A DNA stretch of 64,000 bases from Balanoglossus misakiensis (lineage: Eukaryota > Animalia > Hemichordata), in the NCBI GenBank assembly GCA_040954595.2, contig CM082576.2:11101129-11165128 (forward strand), given 5' to 3'. Shown piece by piece: positions 10,380-24,799 of this stretch. Each line of letters opens with the position of its first letter. Positions within the stretch are counted from its first letter, which is position 1. A model generated the notes under the pieces. That model saw nothing but the letters and a program-made list of their open reading frames with translations. It was not told the DNA's origin and ran no database searches. The position numbers and the translations under genes were made by a program.

Positions 10380-11014
10380 CGGGCGCTCGTGGACGGAATG
10401 ATACGACGCGTGGTAGAGTGTATTTTTTAAAAAATAAATTGTGAAATCTTCTTAGTTCTAGCACACGCTGAAACAATCCAACTTCTCGGTTCGTTGCAGG
10501 CTATTTCAATATAAGTTTTAAATAAACATGATTGAAATTTAATGGTCAGAAGTGGAACTCGGAGTGACTGAAGAAGTTTACTACTGCAGTTTTTTTCTAC
10601 CTTTAGCAATCTTGATGGAGACTAACTTTAGTCTCAGTGGTGTTGTTAAAATTCTGAGGTTCTGAAACTTCGGAGGGCTCTGACTCAGAGGGCTCTGAAA
10701 AGTCAACTCTACCTGTTTGCATGTAATTTTACAAGGTAATCAACGATCTATTACACTTTTTGCACCGCGATGTTCAAGAAAGCAGACGGTGGTGGGACAG
10801 TGGTCGACTTTTACGGAATAGCGCCAGCAACGTTCTCTTTGCTACTGTCTCCTTCGCAGACGCCAACGCGAACGCACTTGGGAGGATAAAACTCCAGCAG
10901 CTTGCTAACGTGGGACGACGGACGCGGACGGCAACAGCTTGCTGGATCGTAATTTTACCCGAGGCTCGCATTCCGTCCGTCCAGGAAAATTTATGCAGTC
11001 AACAAGGTACAACG
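10380..11014. promoter_or_regulatory. Probable divergent promoter region between the Ikaros-like gene and FRMD6/expanded
   Basis: CpG-rich patches at ~10380-10415 and ~10760-10980 lie between the predicted minus-strand first exon (donor 10262) and the plus-strand first exon (ATG 11015, donor 11069). Confidence 0.5.
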
Positions 11015-14000
11015 ATGTCTTCAGATGACAACCACAATGTGTCACCGAAATATGGATCAAGTTTTAAGGTAAAGTTTTAAGTGGGCGCGGACGTCTGTTA
11101 CTAACGTCTCAGCGTTTGAACTGTGTGTGGTGTGTATCATATGATGGCACCTTGTTGAACTGTAAGTGACTGTGTGATGTGGTAGGGTGGATATACCGAA
11201 GGTGTTATTTAAAATGGATGATAATACTTATCATTTGTAAACAAATTCCTGAAGTCAACTCACAATAAAGACTGAAAATCACGGCGTCTCTCGGCCAGGT
11301 TCACAGAGGCCCCAAAGTTCAACCGGTGACCCAAACTACACAGTGCACGGACCAGTGCAGTACGCTGATTGCCAAATCGGTCGACGTACTGGTACTGTGG
11401 TACGTACACCAGATTATGTGTAAATCGTGTGGTTTGGGTTTTGTGACTGAATAGTCTAGCAAACCACCAACACGGTCCCTCTAAGTAACGCCAAACGCTG
11501 TCACATGTGATTATGATAATAATGTCAATTTCCATGGCAACTGCATCGCGTCGGTGATGATGTGTACGTATCAAGACGGCACATAAAAAGTTAAAAACTA
11601 CAAATGTAATTTTGAGCATACTAATTATTTTCTAGCATAAACGAGCGGTGACAAGATTAACCGGGGGTTTGTGTCAAACTATTGAAGCAAACCAAAAGGG
11701 AAAAAGTTTTTATTATTTATATTTATGTAAATAATAGACGATCAGTTGATGAACTCAAAAAGTTGTACTAAGACTTTTCAAGTGTAAGGGAAAATGATTC
11801 ATTGAAATGTAAGCTTTTATTTGTTCAAGTTAACTCTGATGCTGGTATTCGGCAGTATTAATTAATTGAGGAATATTTTATTACTCTCATGACCTCTGTT
11901 TTTGTGAAGGTCTTTGGTGTACTTGCTTTTAAAGCATATGTGAGAAAGCTGTAAAGCATTAAAAAATGTAAGGAATGAAGTAGAATAATTTCTTGATCTG
12001 GAAAAATATATTGCCAGCCTTCTAGGCCAGGTATGGCTGGAGAGAAATTTGAAATCTCTGTCTTCTATCCCCATTCTTCAGGGAAAAGTCGAGTGACTGT
12101 ACTAAGAAGTGACATCTTAGCCCCATAGCAGCCTTAGTTGCTTGATGATAGATGTTGCCTGGAAGGCAAACGTATCTATGACAACTGACTGTAGCAGAGG
12201 CCTAGGCTACAGACCCCCCCCCCCTACATTCTTCTGTACATGTACCATGTGACGCCATCATAACATGGAGAGTGGAGGTATTGAAAAAAAAAACTTGCAG
12301 CCACTTAAATAATATTCAGCCTTCATTGCAAGCGTTCTTCACACATACAGACAGAGGTGACACCACAGCAGTGATAACGTCATCAACATACCCGGAGTGA
12401 CTACATGTATTAGAGTCAGAAAGTCTTCCAAGCATTCAACCGTGGAAGAAATTGTAATGGCCTGTGAACACATATACAGCGCGCATTGGCTATTGTGACT
12501 GCTTGAAATCTCATACATTCATAGCCCTGTGGATCTGCCCCTTTGTCGGGACTAATTTGCATAAGAAGAGAAAGGGGGTGGGGGACATACCTGTGTGCAT
12601 TGAAGGGGTGTGCAAACACTTTCGACACTTTCTGAACTCTTCTTCTGATGCTAAAATAAGGAAGAATCTCATAAACTTATTAGCTTTATTTTGTGTGACT
12701 TTAGCAATGAACATTGTGCATTCTCAGAAAGGGGGGTTAGGGGCGGTCATCTTTGGCCATCGTTGTAAACAAGCCATGATGTCCACCCATCCCCTCTCTC
12801 CCCATGCACCCCCTCACATCACCCTCATACCACCCTCTTGACACATATTATGTGGTTTGGTCAGAAGTGTTGCCCTGTTTTTGTCCCCCGCGCCGTGGTT
12901 GTATTTGCAAGGCAATTCACTACCCACAGAAAACTGTATTGATGGAGGCATCTTTCTTTTGTGCGGGCAAAGAAAAGATTTTCTGCCGGCCACGAACCGG
13001 AGCTATACAGAGAGTGTGCCGGCGGTGAATAGCCTAATAGTTGTTGGACCTTGGATGTCTGAACAGTTTCTGCGTTTCTGTTGAGATAGTTATGTAAGTG
13101 GCGTTTTGCCGGCTTTCAACGGAGGAGCGAGCGGAAAATTGGGAGGCATGGATGAGAGGTGGAACGGTTATTAAGGCAACCGGTTGTGAATTCAGTGGCA
13201 GCTGATGCTCTCTGGGTTTTGTGTTGTTGTTGTTTTCATGGACCCACATGTCTGGCAGGTGAAGTTACTGTAGGACTTAAATTAGGGTGGAATCATCCAG
13301 TTGTCTTTCCTCAAGGTAGGTATAGACCATGAGCAGGCACATCTTGTCTGGCAAGTTTATACCACCAATTTTATTTTAAAGAATGATACAGTTCCTCTTT
13401 GCTGGTAGTCTTAATTAATTGTTGGTCACTTCACAGCTGTTTGGCCAGTCTGCCTTTGTTGCGTGTCGGACAAAGGGGATGTAAGTAACACAGGGGCACA
13501 ATTCGGTCAGACTGCTTAAATTTTTCGGAAGAAGAAAACAGAAGAGTACAACGGTCGTTGTTGGTGGGTGTGGGTGTGTTGGAGTACTTTAAATGCATAC
13601 AGTGGACATAGTTTAGTTTTGTTTACCCGATAAACCCGGTATGCATTGCCATCACCCCCCTTTCAAGTCCAACAATGGATTGCAACGTATGTGTATATAC
13701 ACTTCATGTTGGAGTTTAGTGCAAGCCTAGAATTCAAAAGACTTCTAACGGAAACAGTCTTCCGGGCAAACTGTTTTTTTTTTGTATTCTGCAAATAGCT
13801 CAAAGTGTTTCCACTTGTTGCTCCGTGTCTTGTCTGTGCGTCCGGTTGTGTGTCGGAAAAAAAAATGGGAGTGATGATGTAATTGTGTTATTGGATTCCC
13901 TGTGTGAGTGGGGTATGTTTGGTATTGCCTTTGTGTTCTGGAATCTGCTAATTACTCCATACTCCATCTCCCTGGCCGCCACCACCAATGAACACTTGCC

Positions 14001-17000
14001 CGTGGCTCACTGGATGCATGCGCGCACGGGTCTTCGGGTCTGATTGTAATGCTAATAACTGTCACTAAAGTTTTGATAATGGTCACACACGACAGTTTCA
14101 TAGCGTGAGAATCAAATTTTAGGCACACAATCAAACGTGATCAAGTACATACATGTATCAAATTCTAAAAGTCGCGCTTTGTTTTGCCTCTTTTCATGTA
14201 ATTGGATTTATTTGTTTTAGCAATTTAAAATCAATTTGGTCGATTCTTTCATGGCATGTGGTAGGCTGTTTGTGTGAACTGATCAGACTATACTTGTACA
14301 ATATGAAGATGAATACTGTTCAAGTATGTGTAACTTCTTGATACATAGACACTTAAAGAAAACCTAGCTTTTGAGCTGGGAATGAGAAATTGTGCAGATA
14401 GACGTGTTGGCCTGTTGGCAAATCAACAGTCCTGTTTAATTTTATGTACCATACAAGTACAGCCATGTCCACTAAGTGGCCATGCACTGCAGTCCCTCCA
14501 TGGTGGAGGGACTGGCCCTCCAAGGTGGAGGGAATGTGGTAACCAGGAGAAACAGAAGTGGTGTAATCTGGTAGCACCTATCTCTTCCCTTGTCAATAAT
14601 TCACTTGACAATATTATTGGACGTAAACAAGTTCATTGATAGTGCCCACCTGTAATTCAAGTTTTTCATTGTGACAAGCGTGGGCATTGTAATTGTTGTA
14701 CATGTAGAAGGTTGTAATGACAGCTCTAGTGTCTATTCTCATGCAAACCATGATGTAACCACGTGTACTAACATGTGCGGATCATCGGAATGTCTGGTTT
14801 CATATCCTTATTTATAATAAAAAATCTATCGATCAGCCACTCCCCAGAAATTCGTCTGTTGCCTCGAATAATATCGTTAACATGATGACAATGTTTTTGT
14901 TGAAGAAGGTTCATGTTGCCAGGAATTTCCTTTTCTATTTTCTAGACTTTCGTGGTATGTTTATTTGCATGCCCGTATCTCTGTCCAACCTCGGTCAGCA
15001 AAAACACAGTTTGCTCGAAATCAGTGACATCAACCGAGGATAAATTGATTGAAAAAAGTGCAGTGTCATGATTTATCTATGTATTAATGATAAGTTATAA
15101 CACGTATAAATCCCTGATGGTGTGTATAACTTCCTTGATTATTGTGAATGAAACAGCATTTAATAATGTCCAATGATCTGTTATAACAAGTCCTATATTG
15201 CTAATGTTAGAATTTTCTGTTCAGAGGCATAGAACTGAAAATTTGCAAACAATCTCCTCTGTTTGATTTAGTTAGATTTCATCAGATGTTAGTGTCATCT
15301 TATCACTCTAATCCATGGGCGAAGATTTTATCTTCAAGACCTTTGGATGTTTTTCCAACTTCTTTTCAGATCTCAAATTTTACAGTACTGAAAGATAAGA
15401 GAGTCCACTGGGTTGCTTGGAGACTACTGTAGTAGGTATTGGATATAAGTAACTAAAATGGCTGCCTGATTGCTAGTGTTTATGCAACTGATACCTACTT
15501 TCAGCTATGCCAATAACCTTTCTGACCCCTCTGTTCCGTGAACATTGCTCACTAAACCACGGATATCCAGGCTATTTCTTCGGTCAATCCAGAAAACTTC
15601 GGGTCCGGTAGTCACTGCTGCTCCTGCAGTAAAAAAAAGGACAGCGCTCGCTCGCAGGAAATTGGCTATCAGGTTTTGTGTTGCCACACTCAAGATGATG
15701 GAAGTAAATTGAGCATTAAAACAATTGAAGTTCTGCAAGAGATAAAAACTACTTTACTGCATCGTGTACGGTGTAAGCATATTTTAATAATTCACTCATT
15801 GCATTCAGGTGAATTGCCAGTGTGTCAAACAGGAAATGTTCACTTCAGGTACTTAGCTTTCATTTAAATCTCCTTGATTGCTGTAAGCTGGGTTTTTCAA
15901 AGAAAACAGGAATAATACTTAGCGGCAGTTTGTGGAATTTGGATAACGTGGGTTGTTGAGTTGTTTGGTTCCTGTCTGGTGTATCAACCTCAGCCCCCCC
16001 CCCTCCCCGACCCTCCCCCCCCAGTGAGATATTTTGTTCTTCGTATTAATTGCCAACCAAAGTGAATTAGCCTTCCAATGCATCACTGTAACAGCCATAA
16101 AGTTAAAGTTATGTGTGCGACAAAGTAGTTGTCTAAAACTTGAAAACTTTGTTTTCTTCCAAAGCTGCTGTGAGCTAGCATGATGTACATGTGAGTATTT
16201 CATCAGCTAGAGAGCCATTGCAACGCTTGGGTTATCCTGAATGCATATAGATAATGTTCTGTTGACGCAGGGCACACTGAGAGTGAGACAGTATAAAGCA
16301 CGACTCTAGCGTTTTCTATCATCATCATCATTGAGCAACAAAACCACACATAGGCTAAATAAGCGAAACCTTCAGATTTTCGTCATTATAATGGTGGTAC
16401 AGAAGTTTTACTGTTATGATGTATGGTGAAAGCAACAGGTTTTTGATGCAGGTAATTGTGACTCAACCAGTTCAACTCTCCTTTCCTCACAAAGTTTGCC
16501 AAAAAATGTCATCGTCTGAATCGACTCCAATGGAAACCAGTGCCAACTCATGCCCCCTTGGTTTCCTTTCAAAATAGTAGTAGCCACAATGCAGGCATGT
16601 AATGACTGTGGTTTGACACAGACCTGCTTTTTATGGCTCATTAATCGTAGGGTGTAAATCAGAACTGCATCCTGTTGTTAAACTCCAACAAAAGTCTGCA
16701 GTTTAATCGACTGATTCTGCCAGGAAAGATCAGTTTCCATAGAAACATAGTTGCCTGACCTTTTATCATTACGGGTTACCTATACCTTTATTATCTTCAT
16801 CAGTAACAAGTGAAGTGCCTCTTGTCCTTTGATAAACATGGGTCATAAAAATGCCATGTTTTTTTGAAATTTAGGAGAATATTACACTTATCTTCATGCA
16901 ACCATTGTGGCTATGATAGGGTTGGCAGTCAGAAATGAAATCATACTCGTTTCATGTTTAACTTGCTGATGTAGATGTGACATGTTCATATCTGGGAAAC

Positions 17001-20000
17001 AATTCAAATTTGAAAGCTATTTTAGTCACACTCATGGAAAAAGATACATGCAGTGAAACTTTCTATCACAAGAAATGTCACGCTACGTACATTGTACATG
17101 TGACCAAAAGCAAGTTTTTAAACACCGGCGATGATATAGATTTGTAGCTACAGTGGCTTTACGTTGTAAACTTTTCTAATAATGGCAGTTACTTGCACTC
17201 AGTTTGTATTGTGAGGCTTCAGCTTAGTGACCAAACAATCTTGATGCTTGCTTTGAAATTTCTTTAGTGAGTGTCTGTGTGTTTCCAGTGCTACTTTGTG
17301 AACTGTTACACATCTGCCACCAGTTTGACCAACGGCTCAGGCTCTGGGCGCAAACTTTTTTGATGTTTTCTGCAGCATGCACAAGCTCTTCTGAGGCGGT
17401 AGCAAGAATGAAATAAAACGAGGGAGGGATGACGTCACTCTCGTGTTGCAACTGGGTGATGAAATGGATCTCTCCAGCAGCAGAGATACGCAGCGGCATT
17501 CCGCAAACCCCAGGAGAAGATCTAGACTTGTCAGTTTGTGTTCAGTAAAAATGTGAACAGAGCCAGTGTTTGGGAGCTCAGATACAAACCTGCCTGCGTA
17601 GGGGTGCCCACTGCCCCGTGAAAGATCTCCCAAGGGGGGTAGGAAATTTTCTCACTGGAAGCGCTTCGGTCTTTTTTACAAACCTGTCTGCATACAGTGG
17701 CAAGTGAATAAATCTCTTTTTGTCTGGTGAATTTTATTAGCTCCTCGAGGGAAACTGGGTCAGGTCGCGGCGGTGTCCTGTCCTCATTTGACAGAAATCA
17801 GAGTGCAGGTATCTGGGGTGTCCCTTAGCCTGGGTCCCCCTACTGAGATAATGACCACGACCATGATGGATCTACCATCTCCAGTTTAGATAAACAGAGT
17901 CGAATTTCAAACGGAGGATGCGCTAAGCCGTTACACGACTATTTCAAATTGCTGAGGCTTTGTGGGTAAGTCTCGGAGTCTTACAGTTACTGGGCCAGCG
18001 GCACTTCACTTTGGAAATTCTTTTCAGGTTTTTTTTTTTGCAGTGTGGTTTTCTTAAGTGGCATAATATCAGGAGATTGGTGGAAACAATTACTTATTCA
18101 GCTATCAACACAGCAGGTACTGCTGATGAAGTGTGAAATCGGGATTGTGTGTGTGATGGACTTGCCAATGCTTCCACAAGTGGGATGTTTCTAGTTCATT
18201 GAACTCCATGCATCTGTGTTAATTGTCAAGTGTGATAATTTGGTGATAGTGTTAGAGCACTGATACTGGTGCAATGGCTGTAGAAGGTGGATCCAGTGTG
18301 CAAGTAGTACCAGTTATGCCACGGCAAAAGTGCGGAACAGAAAGTAATTGCAGCACACTTGAAGAAGCATTAGACCAACTTCCACTGAGTGTCCCACTCT
18401 ACTTCCTAGGTTTCCTAGCTCTTCCAGCTGCACAGCTTTTAAAATTGTTTCCTGACCAGTGAAAAAGTTTTGTATGTACCCATCATGACCACTTTAACCA
18501 GTGGTCTGCTGGTCTCAAACGAAACTTTGCGACCAACAGGAATATTTGAACAGTAGTTAATGGCATCATCAAATAACTGCTGCGGTTTGTGATCATTGTA
18601 CATGTACATTGTATACACACACTGCCAGCTTGTATATTTACAAGTGTAGCCAAGTGAGACTGCGATGGCAACGGGTGAATAAGTGACACCACTCTTCTGT
18701 TTTTCCAGTGACAAATTATCCCATACATTTTGTATTATTCTTGTTTTACTTTCCATGCACAGTATGTACCAACAACAGGTTTCACTTGATGCAGCACGTA
18801 TGACGTACACTACACATGTATGTGCTGAATCAAGTGAGGCTATTCTTAATAATGTTCTTCTTGTTTGTTAATTGTAACAAGTCAGATGAGAATGCTTACT
18901 CAATACATGTGCAATGCCAATAAAGTGATACTTTACAGGGAAGTTCTTCAGGAATTTGGTCAAGAAACTGCACAAAATATCCAAAAGTTCAAGATTGTAA
19001 AGCTTAATCAGAGAAAAAGCTGTCCCACACAGCAGAATTTTCACCATTGTCTGCAACCTCTGTATTTGACAGTTTTTTGCGCTATACCCAGAGATCTGAT
19101 TGTTTCCGCTCTTTTTTTCCTTCCAGAAATTTCTCGCTCGTAGAAGGTTGTCAACGCAGTCGGTTTCATCGCTGTCCACCGTGGGTGACAGCGAGTACAG
19201 CATGTCTGCCAGTGGTAGACCGTTGATGCACCGGAAAAAGTTTGTCAACGTGGTGCTCCCGACGCAAGAAGAAACCCAAATAGAAACCGAGGTGAGTTGT
19301 TGGGCCGGAAAAGCCCCATCCTGCTGGAATACCTTTTAATTGGCTTTTCCGCTCTGTAATCCAAGATCATCATGAGTCAAGTTTCTTTCCTGTACTTCCT
19401 TGATTTCGCCAAGGAGATGCCAGTGTGTTTTCTTGGAAAAATACTTTTGGGGAAGTTTGACTTCCGGACCTGTTCACCCCCATTTACATGTAAATGAGTC
19501 CAACGCTAGCAGCGTGGAAACTGAAAACCAATAGAATTCTTACTTAAAAGTATGACCTGGTTCCCTAAGACATTGTGTATTGGATGGTTCTGCAGTGTGC
19601 TGCATGTATTCCACAAGTGCTCAACTTGCTCGGCTGTCTGTTTTCAATCAGTGGGAATGTGGGCAAAAGCGGAAATGCAGGAATGGGATCCATTTTTGAT
19701 GAGGGTAAATTGCCATGAATAATTAACACACACTTTATTATTTCATGAGCCTTTGAAATATTTAAGGATCAATGTCAGCCTTGAGAGTTTTATAGTTTTT
19801 TAAACCTACTAGTCTGAGTACCGTAATCTCAGAGTTTACAGGTTACCCCAGGACAGAGTTTTTGATCAGTGTGTCACGGACCGTGTTCCCATTTGCACAG
19901 ACATTGCAAAATGTGCAGCTGTGTGCTCAGACTGCCCGATACGGTTTGATAGTGTTTACATCATGTTATAAAAAGATCGTCTGCGAGATCATTGATCACT

Positions 20001-23000
20001 AGGGCATGTTTAGTTTAGTGTCACAACCCCTTCGGCTATGATGGCTTGATTTGCAGCCTGGTTCCACCTTCTTTATGGCAGTCCTCGCCGGAACGGGTAG
20101 GCCAAGTCACCAACCCTGTCTTGAAAAAAAGAGTACTGCTCCAATTTGGAATGGGCATGAGCCGAAAATAGTTGTCAAAACAGGCTGAATTAAAAGCAGG
20201 GTCGTGAAGTGTTCTGATTTTTACCACAAGCGGTCTCTCCCACATCGCTGTTATGAAATAAATCTTTGAAGTACCGATATGTAGTCAATTTTGCCATCAT
20301 CCGTTGGGTTCAATAGATAACCGGGGAGAAGAAATACTCAAGTGAAATGATTTGTCTGCATTCTTGAGCAATTCTCTGACTCTGAGCATCAGATCAGCTG
20401 CGGCACATGAATAACTATTAACAACTCTCTGTCGGTGTACATTTACATACTTCAGGGAATAGCTGATGTTATTTCATAGTACAGTATCCAGTATGCAGTT
20501 TTTGTGGACGAATTATTATTATGCAGTGCAGATACAAGAGGAATTGTTAGATCCTTCAGTGTATAAAAAGTGAAAGTGATTGAAACTGTTGGTTTTGTCA
20601 GGCTGCATTCTGGGGTATACATGTACGTGTAACTGGAAAAGCAGGTCAGTCAACATGAAAGGGGGAAGTCGCTTTTTGGATGACTGCCCCGGTTCTATTT
20701 GCCCAACAATTGGAGTGTCTCTGGTGAAGGAGTTTGACACGTGTTGCGTACAGTGTGTACTGTGCCCGCCATGCTCGCAGCAGGTGCAGAGGTTTGCTTG
20801 AAAGAAGTCCGTCTGTTTAGATGCGGATTTTATGGACTTCCTGTCGGGACGTTTTTAGAGTGCCGGTTTTGTGCGAAAATAGGTGGTGAGGCAGTGGACA
20901 GAGTTCAACTTGACCACATAAATTATTGCCCTGTATTATTGCATTATTTGCATTGGCACAAGAAGGAATGTCCGGGGCTACCCCGCAGGCCCATATATCA
21001 CGGGGAGAAATATCTCCAATGGAAACATTTGGGGTCAAAGGGCACTTGTAATGGTGCCAAACCTGAAGATCTGTGAAAATTTGAAGAAAAAAAGTGAACA
21101 GCCGATCTTATCATGGCAAAGCCATTAAAATGTTACACGCAATCTATACACAGGTCATCAACCATTCAGGTCTGATGTTTAAGAATATACAGAAGAGATG
21201 TAACCAGATTGTACGTAACTTCCAACTTCCTGTCTGTTGGATATAGCAGGGCGAATTAAATGTTGGAAAGGTTTGACTCATTCTTGATGAGTGGAGTCTG
21301 ACCAGGCTGCAGGCTGCAGCTGGAATTTTTATTTCCGAACTTCTGTGTAGGGATGACCTGGGGAGGAAGCCAAGCCCTTCAACCTCTGACAATTAAAAAA
21401 AGTGGACAACTGAAGCCACGTAAACTCGCATGTTTTATGGTACACGTAGATCTCATCTTGCTTTAAATTTTCTTTCATTGATCAGTGCCTGCAGTTGACG
21501 CCAGTTTTACGCATCACCAGGATGATAATGCGGATCGATGTCTGCATCCGTCACATAAAGTTCATGTCATTCAGAGTTCAATTGCAAAGTCTGTCCCACT
21601 TGAGTTTTAGAAAACACTGAGGACGATGAACCACAGTGAACCCAGATAAACCGAGAATACTGTTATATCTAATGGAGCAGTTGTGATTGCAACGAGTGGG
21701 AAATTCCTCCATGGTGCCCCCCCCCCCCCCCCCCCCTTCACATCTCCTCGGCACTTGTCAACATCAGCCGGCCCTGCCCCTGACCAATGAGCACTTGGAT
21801 GGACAGTCGAAGGTTGGACGTAGGCCAGAAAACCGTGCATGTTAGCAGGGTAGAGCCCTTGTAAATTGCTGAAGAATGCTCAGTATTTGAGCTGCGTAAA
21901 ATTCAGGGTGAACTCAGGTCACAGCCTGGCATGCTCTCTGTACATCGGGGAGTATAGAGTCAGGAAAATAGAGTTTGTCAACAGGGAGGGTTTTTGGGGA
22001 GGAAAAAATAGCCTCCGATCAAAGACGAGAGTTATTTGGTAGTAGGAGATTAATTTGATTGTGGAAATGGAAAGAAGTGTCCAGCAGTTGTATTACTTTT
22101 ACTTTTTATTCTGTGGCATTTTTTTGATCAAGTCCTTGAACCAGTGCCAGACATGCCGATGGACATGCCATGGTGATTCTGTCACTGCTGGTATGTGTCT
22201 GTGTGTCTTGTGTGTACACAAAAGTTATACTTGACCACAAAGCTAGTTTGTTTTATAAACTGAAATCTGATATTGAATGATATCATTTTTTTGCTCTCTG
22301 TGGAGTGTCTGAGCTAGCTATCACAACAAAGTATGTGACACCTCAGGCAAACTTTAATCGGAGTATTGGCCCCAGACAATCCTGTGTCACTTTTGCAGTG
22401 TGACTGCAGTGAATTTTTGATTGGTGACCTTGGTATGTATAGTCTGAAAAGAAATATATAGCAATATATGTAATTACTGGTATATAAATTTTGTTTCTTG
22501 CTATATCATCCAACTATTGCTATTTAATAATGGAAATAGATAAGAATTTGGAAAAAATGCATCAGAGAAGAAACTAAACGGAATGGTACATGTACATGTA
22601 GCTATACCAGGTCAGACTTTCGAAAGTAAATGCACCAGGAATAAAAAAATAAGAGAATGAAATCATGTTATTAAGATAACAAAGAATGGAGTCACGGAGC
22701 TCAGCCTTGCTGGCATATTGTGAAATGATATATATGAAAGTGTCGACTAGCAATTCAGTGAAATATCAAAGGTTTAGACCAATGTGACACAGTCATCAAT
22801 TTCTTTGAAATCTCTGCACAGACATACAAATCAAGCATCATGACATCTGTATCTACAATAGTTTACCGCCTCAGCGGACGGATCTGACTCCGATCATTAA
22901 ATCAAAGCGTGAGCTGTGAACTTTTTGTCGTTGATTATAATCCGGTGATTACAGGAGAGGAAATAATTCACCGTATGGAAAGTGATGAAATCGTATTGTG

Positions 23001-24756
23001 TTCGTGGAGCGAAAGAGAAACGCTTGTGCATATCTCATAATTTGACATGAAATGTGATTTAGTGAGTTGACTTGCAGCCAGTTGATGACTGCGTTGGTCT
23101 GTCTGTCTCTGTCGGTCTGTGCGATGCTGAAGGCTGCACTGTAGAGCTGTTGCCAGGCAACCTGAGTGACAACTTTGAAAAGAGAACACATTAGCACAGG
23201 AAGTATATTTTTTGTTTTGTTTGTAAATTGCCCAAGTATCTTCATCAGTTATGACAGACCTATGGTACAGACATGAACTTTGCAACTCAGTAACTGGCAG
23301 AATTGTAGAATCTTATCTTTCACTTCGGGTCTATACACATCCATGATGACTTTGCCAATTAAAGAAAACTGATAAATTGTGGATTACCAACTTAGCTGCT
23401 TAATACAGACACTGTACCCTACATTGTTGGAGTGAAAACAACATATCCCATGAATTAAAAAGTTTTTCTCTGCCAGGCATGTCAGGGAGTAAATAACAAA
23501 ACTGCAGGGCTGAAACCTGCAGATAATTACTGCACCAGAATATTTGCACTAGGGTGAAAGTTTCCCCTGCATTGTGCACTAAAAATAGCAACTAATGACA
23601 TCGCCTCTTTCACTTCACCTACAAATACTTCTACATCATCCATATTCATTGAGTTTTCACCCAAGAGTGAAAAATTCAGATGCTCCCAGCTATCAGAGTT
23701 TGTTCACACAGTCTGTGCTAGTTCTACCCTTGAGACTTCTAAACAAATGGTCTGTGCAGATGCAAAACAGGGTACTGTATAATCTAGAGCGTAAGGTATG
23801 TGAAATGTCTCAGAAGAGCGAGAGGTAATCAATCCTGTCAGTGTCGAATAATCTGGTACTTTCTTCAGTGAGTAACTTTTACAAGTGTCAAAACACAATG
23901 CTGTTTCTCTTTGTGAGTTGCAAGTTTTTGGCATCATGAGACACTATCATGGTAATACTGACACTGTGCCATTCTGTGGGTTCAAACCATTTTGAAACAT
24001 TACATGTACAGTAAAACACATGATTTCACCATTTTCTTTCTGTAATGTATTTCATTCACATCTACATTATATTTCACTCACAGCATGCATCAAATGTGGT
24101 TCTTTTCAGGTCAAAGGAAAAACGCAAGATCTTTTCGACCAGGTTGTTGCCTCGCTCGGAATTCAAGAAAGTCAGTTTTTTGGCTTGGCAATCCAACAAG
24201 GTAAGCCTGTTCGTGAAGGTGTATCGTTGCTTGAATTTAATTCCCTTGAATGTGAGTGAGGGATCTGGAGGAACCCACAGCACATACTATACAAAAACAT
24301 AATCATGATTATTAACATTTCACAATGTGTAGAAAATTGCAGATAAATGGTGTTTTACTTTGCACAATCATAGTGGCATTATCAATGGACACGTGCACTC
24401 GCTGCATATTGAAAGAAATCCTGTAACTTCCTGAAATATGCTGCGAGTGCATGGGACATAGATGTACGGTACCCATGTCCCCCTGTTTATAAAAGGAAAG
24501 AGAGAGAGAGAGAGCAAACTCTGAGACCCCTGGCATGTGTTGCCATCATCGTTTACAGGGCGGTAAAATATGCCACTCTGACTACCAGTGATGTGGTGTG
24601 TTTTGGTCCTCATTCCCCTCTTCTCCGCTTTCAGACGGAGAGTTTGAATTCCTGGATTTCAAAGTGAAGCTGTCCAAGTATGCTCCCAAGGCGTGGAAGA
24701 ACAGTCCGGGATCTGTAAGTTCACACATGCACGCAGGCACGCACACACATGCACAT

Positions 24757-24799
<43 letters not shown>

